Positions 17,658 to 26,411 are shown, counted from the stretch's first letter. The stretch: 32,000 nt of DNA from Edaphobacter aggregans (GCF_003945235.1 NZ_RSDW01000001.1:1920001-1952000), one strand, 5' to 3'. Notes: a model not told the origin generated them from the sequence alone. Numbers and translations are program-made.

Positions 17658-19580
17658 TTACTTCTTCTCGTCGACGTCAACATACTCCGCGTCGATCACG
17701 CCTTCATCCTTCTTCGGCTCCTGAGCCGTTCCTGCAGCGCCGTCCACTGGCTCCGACTGAGCACTCGCCGCCGTGGCCTTATACATCGCTTCGGCCAGCT
17801 TATGGCTCACTCCAGTTAGACGATCCTTAGCCGAATTCAGCTCACTCGCGCTGGGTGTTCCGCTCAGAGTTTTCTTCGCATCCTCCAGCGCGGTCTCAAC
17901 CTCGCTCTTGTCGGACCCGGCAACCTTATCACCAGCATCCTTCAGCATCTTCTCGACGTTGTAGACCAGTGAATCCAAGCCGTTGCGCGCCTCAACCTCC
18001 TCGCGCTTCTCCTTGTCCTCGGCTGCATGAGCCTCGGCATCCTTCGCCATCCGCTCAACCTCTTCCTTGCTCAGGCCCGACGAGCTCGTGATCGTAATCT
18101 TCTGATCCTTACCCGTCGCATTGTCCTTCGCCGTCACATTCAGAATGCCGTTGGCATCGATGTCGAACGTCACCTCGATCTGCGGCACGCCACGCGGAGC
18201 AGGCGGAATCCCGCTCAGCTTGAACTTGCCCAGAGTCCGGTTCTGCGCCGCCATCGGACGCTCGCCCTGAAGCACATGCACCTCAACCTCGGTCTGCGAA
18301 TCCGCCGCCGTCGAAAACGTCTCCGTCTTCTTCGTCGGAATCGTCGTATTCCGCTGAATCATCGGTGTCGCCACCCCGCCCATCGTCTCAATCGCCAACG
18401 TCAGCGGAGTCACATCCAGCAGCAGCAGGTCCTTCACCTCGCCGGCCAGAACACCAGCCTGCACAGCAGCACCAATCGCAACTACTTCGTCAGGATTGAC
18501 GCCCTTGTTCGGCTCCTTGCCAAACAGCTCCTTCACAAGCTGCTGAATCTTAGGCATACGAGTCTGACCGCCGACCAGCACGACCTCGTCGATCTTGCTC
18601 GCATCAACGCCCGCATCCTTCATCGCCTGCTTGCAAGGCCCAATCGACCGCTGCAGCAAATCATCAACCAGGCTCTCGAGCTTAGCCCGCGTCAGCTTAC
18701 GAACCAGGTGCTTCGGCCCGCTCGCATCCGCAGTGATAAACGGCAGATTGATCTCCGTCTCCTGCGCCGTCGACAGCTCGATCTTCGCGCGCTCCGCGGC
18801 ATCCTTCAGCCGCTGCAGCGCCATCTCGTTGCCCTTCGAGGTCAGGTCCAGACCGGTCTCGCTCTTGAACTCCGAGATCAGCCAGTCAACGATCCTCTGG
18901 TCAAGGTTGTCACCACCAAGGTGCGTATCACCATTGGTCGACTTCACCTCAATCACGCCTTCGCCAACCTCAAGAATCGAGATATCGAACGTACCGCCGC
19001 CAAAGTCGTACACGGCAATCGTCTCGTCCTTCTTCTTGTCGAGCCCATACGCCAGCGCAGCCGCAGTCGGCTCATTCACAATGCGCTTTACATCGAGACC
19101 CGCAATCTTACCCGCGTCCTTCGTGGCCTGCCGCTGAGCGTCGTTGAAGTAAGCCGGAACCGTAATCACGGCCTCTGTCACGCTCGTGCCCAAATAATCC
19201 TCAGCAGCCTTCTTCAGCTTCTGCAAAATCATCGCCGAGATCTCAGGCGCCGTGTACTCCTTGCCCTGAGCCACAACCGCAACATGGTCGCCCTGCTGCA
19301 CGACCTTGTACGGCACCATCTTCATCTCGTCGTTCACTTCATTGAACCGGCGGCCCATAAAACGCTTGATCGAATAGATCGTGTTCTCGGGGTTCGTAAT
19401 CGCCTGCCGCTTGGCCACCTGACCAACCAGCCGCTCCCCGCTCTTGGTGAACGCCACCACCGAAGGTGTAGTCCGCCCACCCTCTTCATTCGGGATAACC
19501 TTCGGCTCGCCGCCCTCCATTACAGCGACGCACGAGTTCGTCGTTCCCAAATCGATACCAATAATCTTTCCCATATCCAC
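17658..19580 (-). CDS. dnaK: Molecular chaperone DnaK (Hsp70)
   Basis: [21 protein letters not shown] and the rest of the 640-aa sequence are unmistakably Hsp70. Confidence 0.97.
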   Translation of the reverse strand: MDMGKIIGIDLGTTNSCVAVMEGGEPKVIPNEEGGRTTPSVVAFTKSGERLVGQVAKRQAITNPENTIYSIKRFMGRRFNEVNDEMKMVPYKVVQQGDHVAVVAQGKEYTAPEISAMILQKLKKAAEDYLGTSVTEAVITVPAYFNDAQRQATKDAGKIAGLDVKRIVNEPTAAALAYGLDKKKDETIAVYDFGGGTFDISILEVGEGVIEVKSTNGDTHLGGDNLDQRIVDWLISEFKSETGLDLTSKGNEMALQRLKDAAERAKIELSTAQETEINLPFITADASGPKHLVRKLTRAKLESLVDDLLQRSIGPCKQAMKDAGVDASKIDEVVLVGGQTRMPKIQQLVKELFGKEPNKGVNPDEVVAIGAAVQAGVLAGEVKDLLLLDVTPLTLAIETMGGVATPMIQRNTTIPTKKTETFSTAADSQTEVEVHVLQGERPMAAQNRTLGKFKLSGIPPAPRGVPQIEVTFDIDANGILNVTAKDNATGKDQKITITSSSGLSKEEVERMAKDAEAHAAEDKEKREEVEARNGLDSLVYNVEKMLKDAGDKVAGSDKSEVETALEDAKKTLSGTPSASELNSAKDRLTGVSHKLAEAMYKATAASAQSEPVDGAAGTAQEPKKDEGVIDAEYVDVDEKK

Positions 19581-19610
19581 ACTCCCTCATACGGGCACCA
19601 GGCCCGCTCA

Positions 19611-19660
19611 CATTGTTGACTGACCAAGAATCGCACCTTGAGTCACTTACTGTCAATATA
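19611..19660 (-). promoter_or_regulatory. Putative dnaK promoter with a HAIR-like (HspR operator) half-site
   Basis: The minus strand reads TTGACA-gtaagtgACTCAAGgtgcgattCTTGGTCAGTcaac. It contains a TTGACA -35-like hexamer and an exact CTTGAGT/ACTCAAG heptamer (19637-19643) matching the HAIR half-site consensus CTTGAGT-N7-ACTCAAG. The partner arm is imperfect (CTTGgtcAGT) and in swapped order. Confidence 0.35.
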
Positions 19661-19900
19661 TCTGATGTACGAGACCACCCCAACGCTTCAAAATCGGCAG
19701 ACTATCCCGATGCCTTCCTACCATTCACCCTATTTTCATAGAGATAGCCCAGCAATCTACCAGCCAAACCCTCCACTCCAGACACGGCAACTTCTCCTCC
19801 AATCCCCTCCAACTCGATGCCACAATCGGGTCATTGTCGCTCCTGATTCCCCCCGGCTAACCTTCGTTCAAATCTAAGTCGGGCCCCGGAGCATTACGCC

Positions 19901-20275
19901 ATGTCCTCCCCACAACCCAATAGCCAACCCAAGACCCAATCCAAGAGCCTCACCCGCCGCCTCGTCAAACTCGCTTCCCTTGGCATAGCCGGTCTCCTCG
20001 CTGGCCTTCTCGCGGGCTGCACGGCCACGCCTGCGCCCTTCAACACGGCCTCATACACCCATTCCACTAACCTTCCAATCACCCAACCCAAAAGCCTCGA
20101 GTCCACTCGCGTCCCCGAGATCAAACGGCCGCCAGTTCCCCACCACATGCAGTCGTGGCCCTCACGTATCGGCCAGAACCCGCCCGTCGTCGCCACTGAC
20201 ATCGAAACCGGTCACACCCTGGCCGTCTACACCTTCACCGGAACAGACCAGTCTGCCAAGCTGATCGGCCAATAG
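19901..20275 (+). CDS. Hypothetical lipoprotein
   Basis: Signal peptide ending in the lipobox LLAGC (…GIAGLLAGLLAGC-TATP). GGAG lies 9 nt upstream of the ATG. 124 aa. Confidence 0.65.
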   Translation: MSSPQPNSQPKTQSKSLTRRLVKLASLGIAGLLAGLLAGCTATPAPFNTASYTHSTNLPITQPKSLESTRVPEIKRPPVPHHMQSWPSRIGQNPPVVATDIETGHTLAVYTFTGTDQSAKLIGQ

Positions 20276-20307
20276 TTTTCATCTGTGCCCTCCTCCTTGA
20301 ACAACTT

Positions 20308-20344
20308 TAGGCGGCCGCCCTCTGGGGACTACCGCCTTCTTTTT
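20308..20344 (+). terminator. Rho-independent terminator after the lipoprotein gene
   Basis: AGGCGG (20308-20313) pairs with CCGCCT (20331-20336), followed by TCTTTTTT. Confidence 0.5.
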
Positions 20345-20560
20345 TCCACTAATCTGCACTTGCAGTCGTTTGTTACGTTTGTCATTCTGCCTTCCCACCA
20401 CTCATCCCACAAATCTGAATATTCCAAAAATCCTTCCATCCTCCCGAGACTTCACACATCTCAAGGAGTACCCTGCCCGGCAGGGCTCATACCTGCCTCA
20501 ACACACATCGAAAATCAGTTCCGGCCCCGAAAACAACTCATCTCCGAAAGGAACTCCGAA

Positions 20561-20923
20561 ATGGCAAATCCCTTCTGTCATCTTGAACTCAACACCACCG
20601 ACCCGGCGAAAGCCAAAGCCTTCTACTCCGGCCTCTTCTCCTGGACATACGACGACATGGACATGGGTCCCGGCGGCACCTACACCATCATCAAGCCCGG
20701 CGAAGGCCCCGGCGGCGGCATGATGAAGCACCCCGTCCCCGGAGCGCCCTCCACCTGGCTAGCCTACGTTCAGGTCGACGACCTCGCCGCCTCCACCGCA
20801 AAGGCCAAATCTCTCGGCGCCCAGGTCATGAAGGACATCACCGAAGTCCCCAACATGGGCCACTTCAGCATCCTCCTCGACCCCACCGGCGCCCCCATAG
20901 CCCTCTGGCAACCCAAAAAATAG
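20561..20923 (+). CDS. VOC (glyoxalase/bleomycin-resistance fold) family protein
   Basis: The track ORF 20285..20923 has an implausible N-terminus. The ATG at 20561 gives MANPFCHLELNTTDPAKAKAFYSGLFSWTY...GHFSILLDPTGAPIALWQPKK, a typical ~120-aa single-domain VOC protein. Confidence 0.75.
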   Translation: MANPFCHLELNTTDPAKAKAFYSGLFSWTYDDMDMGPGGTYTIIKPGEGPGGGMMKHPVPGAPSTWLAYVQVDDLAASTAKAKSLGAQVMKDITEVPNMGHFSILLDPTGAPIALWQPKK

Positions 20924-21033
20924 ACGGCCGCTGACACCTCGCGGTGGGCTTACACCCACAATCCGGATATAAGCCCCGCCGTGTCTCTCAACCGTCAGCC
21001 CCTGTCATCGCCTTGCCGTTATCCTTCCTGCTT

Positions 21034-21250
21034 GTCATCCTCGGAGGGGACCTGCTGTTGCGGTTGCCTTTGTCGTTGCGGTCGTCGTTGCAGTTGCAGT
21101 TGTCGTTGCTGTTGCCGTTGCTATTGTCGTTGCAGTTGCAGTTGTCGTTGCTGTTGCCGTTGCTATTGTTGTTGCGAGTTTTTGCTCGTCATCCTGAGCG
21201 AAGCAACTCGCGCACTTTGCGAGTTGCGCAGTCGAAGGACCCCGACACCC
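21034..21250 (+). repeat. Repeat locus 6: A variant, long hexamer tract and C3
   Basis: The A variant GTCATCCTCGGAGGGGACCTGCTGTTG is at 21034-21060. The hexamer tract is at 21061-21186. C3 is at 21188-21250, with core stem CAACTCGC (21204-21211) pairing with GCGAGTTG (21219-21226). Confidence 0.85.
21087..21170 (+). repeat. Tandem duplication of a 42-bp unit (7 hexamers) inside the hexamer tract
   Basis: GTTGCAGTTGCAGTTGTCGTTGCTGTTGCCGTTGCTATTGTC at 21087-21128 is repeated at 21129-21170 with only the last base different. Confidence 0.9.
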
Positions 21251-21398
21251 TATCCCTCACCCATACGCCCCAAACCCTTTCCGCCCACAGCAGCTCCCCG
21301 CCGCCCCGATCATCCCGTCAAGCCCCCAAAACCACACAACCATCTCAATCCAAAAGACATAAGCACTGCGTATTAATTCCACGTCGTTCGCTATACTT

Positions 21399-21434
21399 AA
21401 AAGAGAAAAGAAAGCCCCGGCCAAAAACCGGGGC
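21399..21434 (-). terminator. Orphan minus-strand Rho-independent terminator in an AT-richer island
   Basis: GCCCCGG (21414-21420) pairs with CCGGGGC (21428-21434). On the minus strand the stem is followed by TTTCTTTTCTCTTTT. No annotated minus-strand gene ends here. Confidence 0.5.
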
Positions 21435-21557
21435 ATCTTCATTTACGATCAACAACAGACCGAAGTCCAGACCTAGGTCATTTATTTCGAATACTTTAGA
21501 ACCATAAGTACGGGGGTAGGGATACCACATGCAGCAAAAGACAACACGCCACGAAGA

Positions 21558-21600
21558 CCGGGTGCCCCATCTTCGGCGCGGCTTCATCGCGCCTAAGGTG
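21558..21600 (+). repeat. D module overlapping the 5' end of the BNR-propeller gene
   Basis: CCGGGTGCCCCATCTTCGGCGCGGCTTCATCGCGCCTAAGGTG differs by one base from the 4515 copy over the same span. Confidence 0.85.
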
Positions 21601-22785
21601 AACAATCGCGCAAAGCGCGATCCGCTTGTCCTCGCCCTCACCCTGCTCCTCCTTGCCGCACCGATCGCCCGAGCCCAATGGGACATCCAGGACTCCCGCA
21701 CCACCGCCAGCCTGCGCGGCATCGCCAACGTAGGCGCAGGAGTAGCCTGGGCCAGCGGCACCGAAGGCACGGTCCTCCGCACCGAAGACGGAGGCTACCT
21801 CTGGCAAGGCTGCGCCACCCCACCCGGAGCCGAAAAACTAGACTTCCGCGGCATCCAGGCCTTCGACGAAAACACCGCCATCGTCATGTCCTCAGGCAAA
21901 GGAGACCTCTCCCGCCTCTACAAAACCACCGACGGCTGCCGCACATGGAAACTCCTCTTCACCAACCCAGACAAAGAAGGCTTCTGGGACGCTATCCAAT
22001 TCGAAACTATTCCCCAAAATAAGAAGACTCAATGTTTCGGCGCACTGGTTGGAGATCCTGTCAACGGGAACTTCCCAATGTTTCTCAGCTTTGATTGCGG
22101 TAACAAGTGGGAGCGTCAGATCAAACAATTCCCACCACCTCTTACTGGAGAAGGTCTCTTCGCCGCCAGTAATTCTTCCCTGCTATTGAAGGGACTTAGT
22201 AGGCGAGCCTTCGTCACCGGAGGCATTTCAGGGGCGCGTGTTCTTCAATATCTTGTGGAAGCCGACGATACCCGAGGACCAGCCGATTTTGAAGCCAAGG
22301 TCGCTCCAGGAGCTAAGAAACTCGTCTATCGACCTAGGCACATGCAGGTCGATATGCTTCCGTGGAATGTACTTTCAACGTCATCCGGAGCCTTTTCGAT
22401 TGGCTCGCGCGTGGCAGAAAGAACCTTTCTCGACAGTGAAGTGATTGTAGGGGGTGACTATTCGGCGCCAGAGCACGTTGGCATAGCAGCCTACGGATTT
22501 CTTGGTGGCTCCTCGGCCGATTGGCATCCCGCCCAAACCCCACCCCACGGCTACCGCAGCGCCGTAGCCTACGACCCCACCACCAAAACCTGGATCACCG
22601 TAGGCCCCAACGGCACCGACATCTCCCGCGATGACGGCAAAAACTGGAGGCCCCTCAAACCCACCGCCTCCGAACCACCCGACGCCGACAAAAACTGGAA
22701 CGCCCTCTCCCTCCCCTTCGTCGTGGGCCCCAAAGGCCGCATCGGCAAGCTCCGCGGAGACGCCCTCAAACCAGCAAACCCATGA
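21598..22785 (+). CDS. Secreted BNR/Asp-box beta-propeller protein (Ycf48-like / sialidase-fold)
   Basis: Asp-box-like motifs RTEDGGYLW, TTDGCRTWK and SRDDGKNWR. The track start ATG 21529 lies in repeat-derived sequence. The in-frame GTG at 21598 gives a clean signal peptide (V)NNRAKRDPLVLALTLLLLAAPIARA-QW. Confidence 0.75.
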   Translation: MNNRAKRDPLVLALTLLLLAAPIARAQWDIQDSRTTASLRGIANVGAGVAWASGTEGTVLRTEDGGYLWQGCATPPGAEKLDFRGIQAFDENTAIVMSSGKGDLSRLYKTTDGCRTWKLLFTNPDKEGFWDAIQFETIPQNKKTQCFGALVGDPVNGNFPMFLSFDCGNKWERQIKQFPPPLTGEGLFAASNSSLLLKGLSRRAFVTGGISGARVLQYLVEADDTRGPADFEAKVAPGAKKLVYRPRHMQVDMLPWNVLSTSSGAFSIGSRVAERTFLDSEVIVGGDYSAPEHVGIAAYGFLGGSSADWHPAQTPPHGYRSAVAYDPTTKTWITVGPNGTDISRDDGKNWRPLKPTASEPPDADKNWNALSLPFVVGPKGRIGKLRGDALKPANP

Positions 22786-22865
22786 TCAAAAACAAAAGGG
22801 GCAGAGAAGCCCAAGCCTCTCCACCCATCTTTTATCCGTGATCCGCGAAAATCCGCGGTCGCCAG

Positions 22866-24629
22866 TTACTTCTGCGAGGGCACAAACTCCTCCATCACAG
22901 CCTTCCGCATCAAGTCCGGAGGCAACAACCCCTGAGCCAGAATGAAGTCATGAAACTTCTTCTGGTCGAACTTCTTCCCCAGCGCAGCCTCAGTCTCCTT
23001 CCTTAGATCGAGCAGCCGCGTATACCCATAGAAGTAGCTGTTCGCCTGCCCCGGAGCGCGGAACGTAAACCGTTCGACCTCCTCCTTGGCAAACGCATGG
23101 CTCAGCACCACATCCTTCTCGAGCACGCGATACGCATCTTCCGGCGTCACCTTGCCCGACTGCAGCTCCGGATCCAGAAACGCCCGAGCCGCACGCAGCA
23201 ACCGCAGGTCCAGCGACATCAGCTGACCCTCGAGCGGCATATAAGGCTTCATGATGTACTCCGAGTACAAGCCCCAGCCCTCGGCATTGGTCGAGTTGAA
23301 CGCATACAGCGCCCGCGCCAGACTCACCCCATGCTCCACCATCGAGTCGAACTGCAACTCATGCCCCGGCCGCGCCTCATGAGCCGTCAGCGTCCAAGCC
23401 ACGGCATCAAAGGTGAAGTCGTCATACTTATCCTCCTCGCCGCCCGTCGCCGAAGGGATATTCAGCGGCAGCACAAACTCCCCCCGCTGCCCCGTATTAT
23501 GCAGAAACGGAGGCGGCGTCATATGGGGTGCCGGCTGCTGAGCCGTCTCAGCCGCCGTCGCCAAACGAATAATCGCAGGCCGATCCGGCAGCGTCACCAA
23601 ATTTTTCGCCACGATGATCTTCTCGATCTCATGCAGCCGCCCTTCATAGAACGGCATGATCGCATCACCCGTAATCTGCGTCTTCTTCAACTCCGCAATC
23701 ACGTCGCGATAATCACTCGACTTGTACCCCTTCTCCTTCGCGATCTGAGCCGCCAGCGAAGCCATCTCCGCCTGATACTCTGCAAACGCTTTATGAGCCA
23801 TCGCCGCAATCTGCGCCGGCGGAATATCGATCCCATAGCTCTCGAAGTTCAGCGCATACTCCTGAGGAGGCAACCGGAAGTCCGTCCGAGCCTTCGGCAG
23901 CACATTCGCCCGAATCCAGGCGTCATAGTCCGCCAGCTGCACCTTCAGCTTCGCGTAAGGCTCTTCCCAACCAGTCAGCTTGTACTTCGTAAACAGCTTC
24001 GCAATCCCATCAACGTAGTTCTGATTCCGCCCAAGCTCCGTCTCCAACTCATCCTTCGACGGATAGATCACACCTGGCTTGGCAATCTGCTCCTCAACCC
24101 TCTGCCGCAGCAAGTCGGTAAACGGCTTATATCCGGGCTCAACCCCCGCATACTTCCGCAGCCGGACAACCGCATCAGGTCGCCGCTCTGCTGCCACCTG
24201 ATCATCCAGCAACCCCCTAAGGCCCCCAAACACAGCCTGACTCGCATTAATAAACGGAACCTCATGCTCAAGCGAGAAGTCCTCCTGACGAAACTGCAGG
24301 TCAAAGGCCTTGCGCAGAATCTCCAGATCCTCAAGGACGTTCTTGTCCTTCTCCACGGCCTCCTGCGCCTTCAACTTCGCCAACACAACCTTCAGTTCCG
24401 CACGCTTAGCCAGATCGTCAGCCAGCGTAGGATTGCTGATCAGCTTGTCAAACTTCACCAGCCCCTGCCGCGACCCACTCTCCGGACTGTGCTGCATATC
24501 GACATCAAGCAGCTGCTGCGTGTAGCTATTACTCTTCTCGATCCATGCCTTATTAGGCGAAGGCTGTTGCGCACCTGCCACGGCTACAGCAGCCGACAAA
24601 ATCCAAATCGCACCGAACATCTGACGCAT
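22866..24629 (-). CDS. DUF885-family protein (putative secreted metalloprotease-like)
   Basis: Signal peptide MRQMFGAIWILSAAVAVAGA. The HEARPGHELQ motif matches my memory of the DUF885 HExxPGHxxQ signature. AAGGAAG SD-like sequence upstream. 587 aa. Confidence 0.75.
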   Translation of the reverse strand: MRQMFGAIWILSAAVAVAGAQQPSPNKAWIEKSNSYTQQLLDVDMQHSPESGSRQGLVKFDKLISNPTLADDLAKRAELKVVLAKLKAQEAVEKDKNVLEDLEILRKAFDLQFRQEDFSLEHEVPFINASQAVFGGLRGLLDDQVAAERRPDAVVRLRKYAGVEPGYKPFTDLLRQRVEEQIAKPGVIYPSKDELETELGRNQNYVDGIAKLFTKYKLTGWEEPYAKLKVQLADYDAWIRANVLPKARTDFRLPPQEYALNFESYGIDIPPAQIAAMAHKAFAEYQAEMASLAAQIAKEKGYKSSDYRDVIAELKKTQITGDAIMPFYEGRLHEIEKIIVAKNLVTLPDRPAIIRLATAAETAQQPAPHMTPPPFLHNTGQRGEFVLPLNIPSATGGEEDKYDDFTFDAVAWTLTAHEARPGHELQFDSMVEHGVSLARALYAFNSTNAEGWGLYSEYIMKPYMPLEGQLMSLDLRLLRAARAFLDPELQSGKVTPEDAYRVLEKDVVLSHAFAKEEVERFTFRAPGQANSYFYGYTRLLDLRKETEAALGKKFDQKKFHDFILAQGLLPPDLMRKAVMEEFVPSQK

Positions 24630-24750
24630 ACCTATCTTCCTTATTTCGAAATCTCGAAGTTAGAGCTGAAAATCAACCTTTCCCATCTTCTGGTCGCACA
24701 CTCCACCAGGAAAGGGTCTTGGTCACAAATTGGCTAGGACGTTTTTCCCT

Positions 24751-25749
24751 TCACTGAGGCACCGAAGGCGAAGACGGAGTCGTAGGCGCAGGCGTCGCAC
24801 CGGGTGTAGTGGCACCCGGAGTCGTTGCGCCGGGAGTACCTCCGCCCATCCCCGGACTCACATTCCCCGAAGCCGACCCAAGCCCTGACGGGCCGGAAGC
24901 AGTGGGAGCGCCACCAAACAAACTAGCCTTCGCCTTCATCTGCTCGATCCGCGGATCGTACAAAAACTCCCACGTCTGGTAAGTCGTCTGTTCGTTCGGC
25001 TCAATAATCGAGTCGCCTGTCTTCGAACTCCCAACCCCCATAAACAGAGCGCCCCCGCCAGTAAAGCTCGTTGCCGACTGGCTACCGATCCCACCACCCA
25101 GCCCCGAACTGGTGCTGGAACCAAATGCCGAATCGCTACTGGTACCCGATCCCGCGCCCGGGGTTCCAGCCGTCGTCGTCCCAGGCCCGCTAGCCGATGA
25201 TCCCACTGTGCTGTTTAGGCTCGAACCCGGACCACCAGATGTGCCGCCCAATCCGCCTGTACCAGTCGAAGGCGAACCGAACGCAGGCGTAGAGGACGAT
25301 CCCGCCGCCCCCGCGCCGATCGCACCCTGCGACGCCATCCCCGCCGCCGTTCCAAGCCCCGGACTCAGGCCTGACAACGGCTGCCCAAAAAATCCCTTCA
25401 CCGTGGTCTTGTTCTCTCCCACCTTGATCAGCCGCCAGTCGGCCTTGCCAGTCATAGGATCGACATAACGCTGACGAAGATACCGTATGTTGTTCGTCTT
25501 CTCTAGCTGCTCGATCGAACCGGGATAGTGGTTCCCATTCTTCAAGTAGTACAGCCGGATAGCCCGCACATATTGATTAGCCCTGTGCTCGGCCTCGACC
25601 TCGCGTTCCCGCCGCAGATCTCGCGCAACCTTAGGCGCTGCAACTCCCAGAGCAAGCAGAATCAAAAAAATCGCGACGATCAGCCCCACGAGCATGTAGC
25701 CCTGCTCGTCGTCACGTCGCGCAACCGTTTTTGTCCTGACCATACTCAT
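24751..25749 (-). CDS. Atypical GspG-like pseudopilin with a long Gly/Ser/Thr/Pro-rich C-terminal extension
   Basis: QG-YMLVGLIVAIFLILLALGVAAPKVAR...RANQYVRAIRLYYLKNGNHYPGSIEQL...YVDPMTGKADWRLI aligns by eye with GspG (RG-FTLLEIMVVIVILG...ALDMYKLDNHHYPTTNQGL...PADPWGNDY). It has Gly instead of the conserved Glu5. About 200 aa of low complexity follow, ending in a TPGATTPGATTPGATP repeat. Confidence 0.55.
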   Translation of the reverse strand: MSMVRTKTVARRDDEQGYMLVGLIVAIFLILLALGVAAPKVARDLRREREVEAEHRANQYVRAIRLYYLKNGNHYPGSIEQLEKTNNIRYLRQRYVDPMTGKADWRLIKVGENKTTVKGFFGQPLSGLSPGLGTAAGMASQGAIGAGAAGSSSTPAFGSPSTGTGGLGGTSGGPGSSLNSTVGSSASGPGTTTAGTPGAGSGTSSDSAFGSSTSSGLGGGIGSQSATSFTGGGALFMGVGSSKTGDSIIEPNEQTTYQTWEFLYDPRIEQMKAKASLFGGAPTASGPSGLGSASGNVSPGMGGGTPGATTPGATTPGATPAPTTPSSPSVPQ

Positions 25750-25802
25750 CTAGACGCTCACGCATCCTCACCGTCATCCGCAGCCGCGTCTACCGGCCGA
25801 AG

Positions 25803-26411
25803 TTAGTGGCCAATCAAAGGCAGCGTCTGCCGATTGTTATTCGTCATGTCCTCAACCAGCACCGTGTTGGCGGACACAGTAAGCACCTTATACCGCCGCT
25901 GCACAATGTCGCCATCCGTGGCCAGAAACACATCCTCCCCATGCAGCAGAAACGCCTGCCGGTGCCCATTCTCCAAACTCGACGTCCCAAAGAACTTCAG
26001 GTCGATCGGCGGAGGCGGAGGAGGCCCCTGTGGAACAATCGGCGGAGGCGGCAGCACCGCCTTGGGCCGCGGCGGAGCAATCGCCTTCGGTATCTCAATC
26101 GGCACCGAGCTAGCCGAGAAGATGTTTCGCCCGCCGCCCGAATACACAAGCGCTTCGGTGACCAGCATCGGCCCCATCCTCAGCGTCGGATCAAGCTGTG
26201 CCGATGTAATCCCCGCGTTCTTCGCAGCCGCACCAGAACCACTGCTCTTCACAACCGGCGTAGCAGGCGTCGAAACGACAACCGGAGCAACCACCGGCGC
26301 AGGGCTAGGCTCGGACAACTGCGTATACAGATACACGCCTGCACCTAGCGCCATCGCACCTACCACTCCCAGCACCGCGAGCTTCTTCTTGTCCTCTACT
26401 CCGACCTTCAT
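25803..26411 (-). CDS. PilP/GspC-like inner-membrane-anchored protein
   Basis: N-terminal TM anchor, Pro-rich linker and a C-terminal beta-rich segment (LKFFGTSS...AFLLHGEDVFLATDGDIVQRRYKVLTVSANTVLVED). It occupies the pilP position with a 4-nt overlap with pilO. The assignment rests on position and architecture only. Confidence 0.45.
   Translation of the reverse strand: MKVGVEDKKKLAVLGVVGAMALGAGVYLYTQLSEPSPAPVVAPVVVSTPATPVVKSSGSGAAAKNAGITSAQLDPTLRMGPMLVTEALVYSGGGRNIFSASSVPIEIPKAIAPPRPKAVLPPPPIVPQGPPPPPPIDLKFFGTSSLENGHRQAFLLHGEDVFLATDGDIVQRRYKVLTVSANTVLVEDMTNNNRQTLPLIGH

Noticed and set aside
18027-19619. 530-aa + strand ORF, together with 17773..17964, 17855..18091 and 18595..19137
   Set aside because: All are antisense or out of frame relative to dnaK. 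They have an Arg/Leu/His-rich composition and no motifs.
20285-20560. N-terminal 92 codons of track ORF 20285..20923
   Set aside because: This upstream part is non-protein-like and crosses the putative terminator at 20308-20344. The VOC domain begins at ATG 20561.
20944-21507. ORFs 20944..21507 and 20981..21376, the latter a striking Cys/Arg-rich peptide (CCCGCLCRCGRRCSCSCRCCCRCYCRC)
   Set aside because: Both are translations of the GTTGCN hexamer tract and modules A and C. The same DNA reads as Leu-rich or Cys-rich depending on the frame. Neither has an SD sequence, and each includes the 42-bp tandem duplication.
21345-21807. Minus-strand ORFs 21345..21782 and 21496..21807
   Set aside because: They are antisense to the 5' end of the propeller gene and to the D repeat (the MGHP... 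peptides are the reverse translation of module D). They have no start context.
23097-24737. 546-aa + strand ORF
   Set aside because: It is antisense to the DUF885 gene, which has a signal peptide, an SD sequence and a family motif. It has the same Arg/Leu/Pro/Gln-rich artefact composition.
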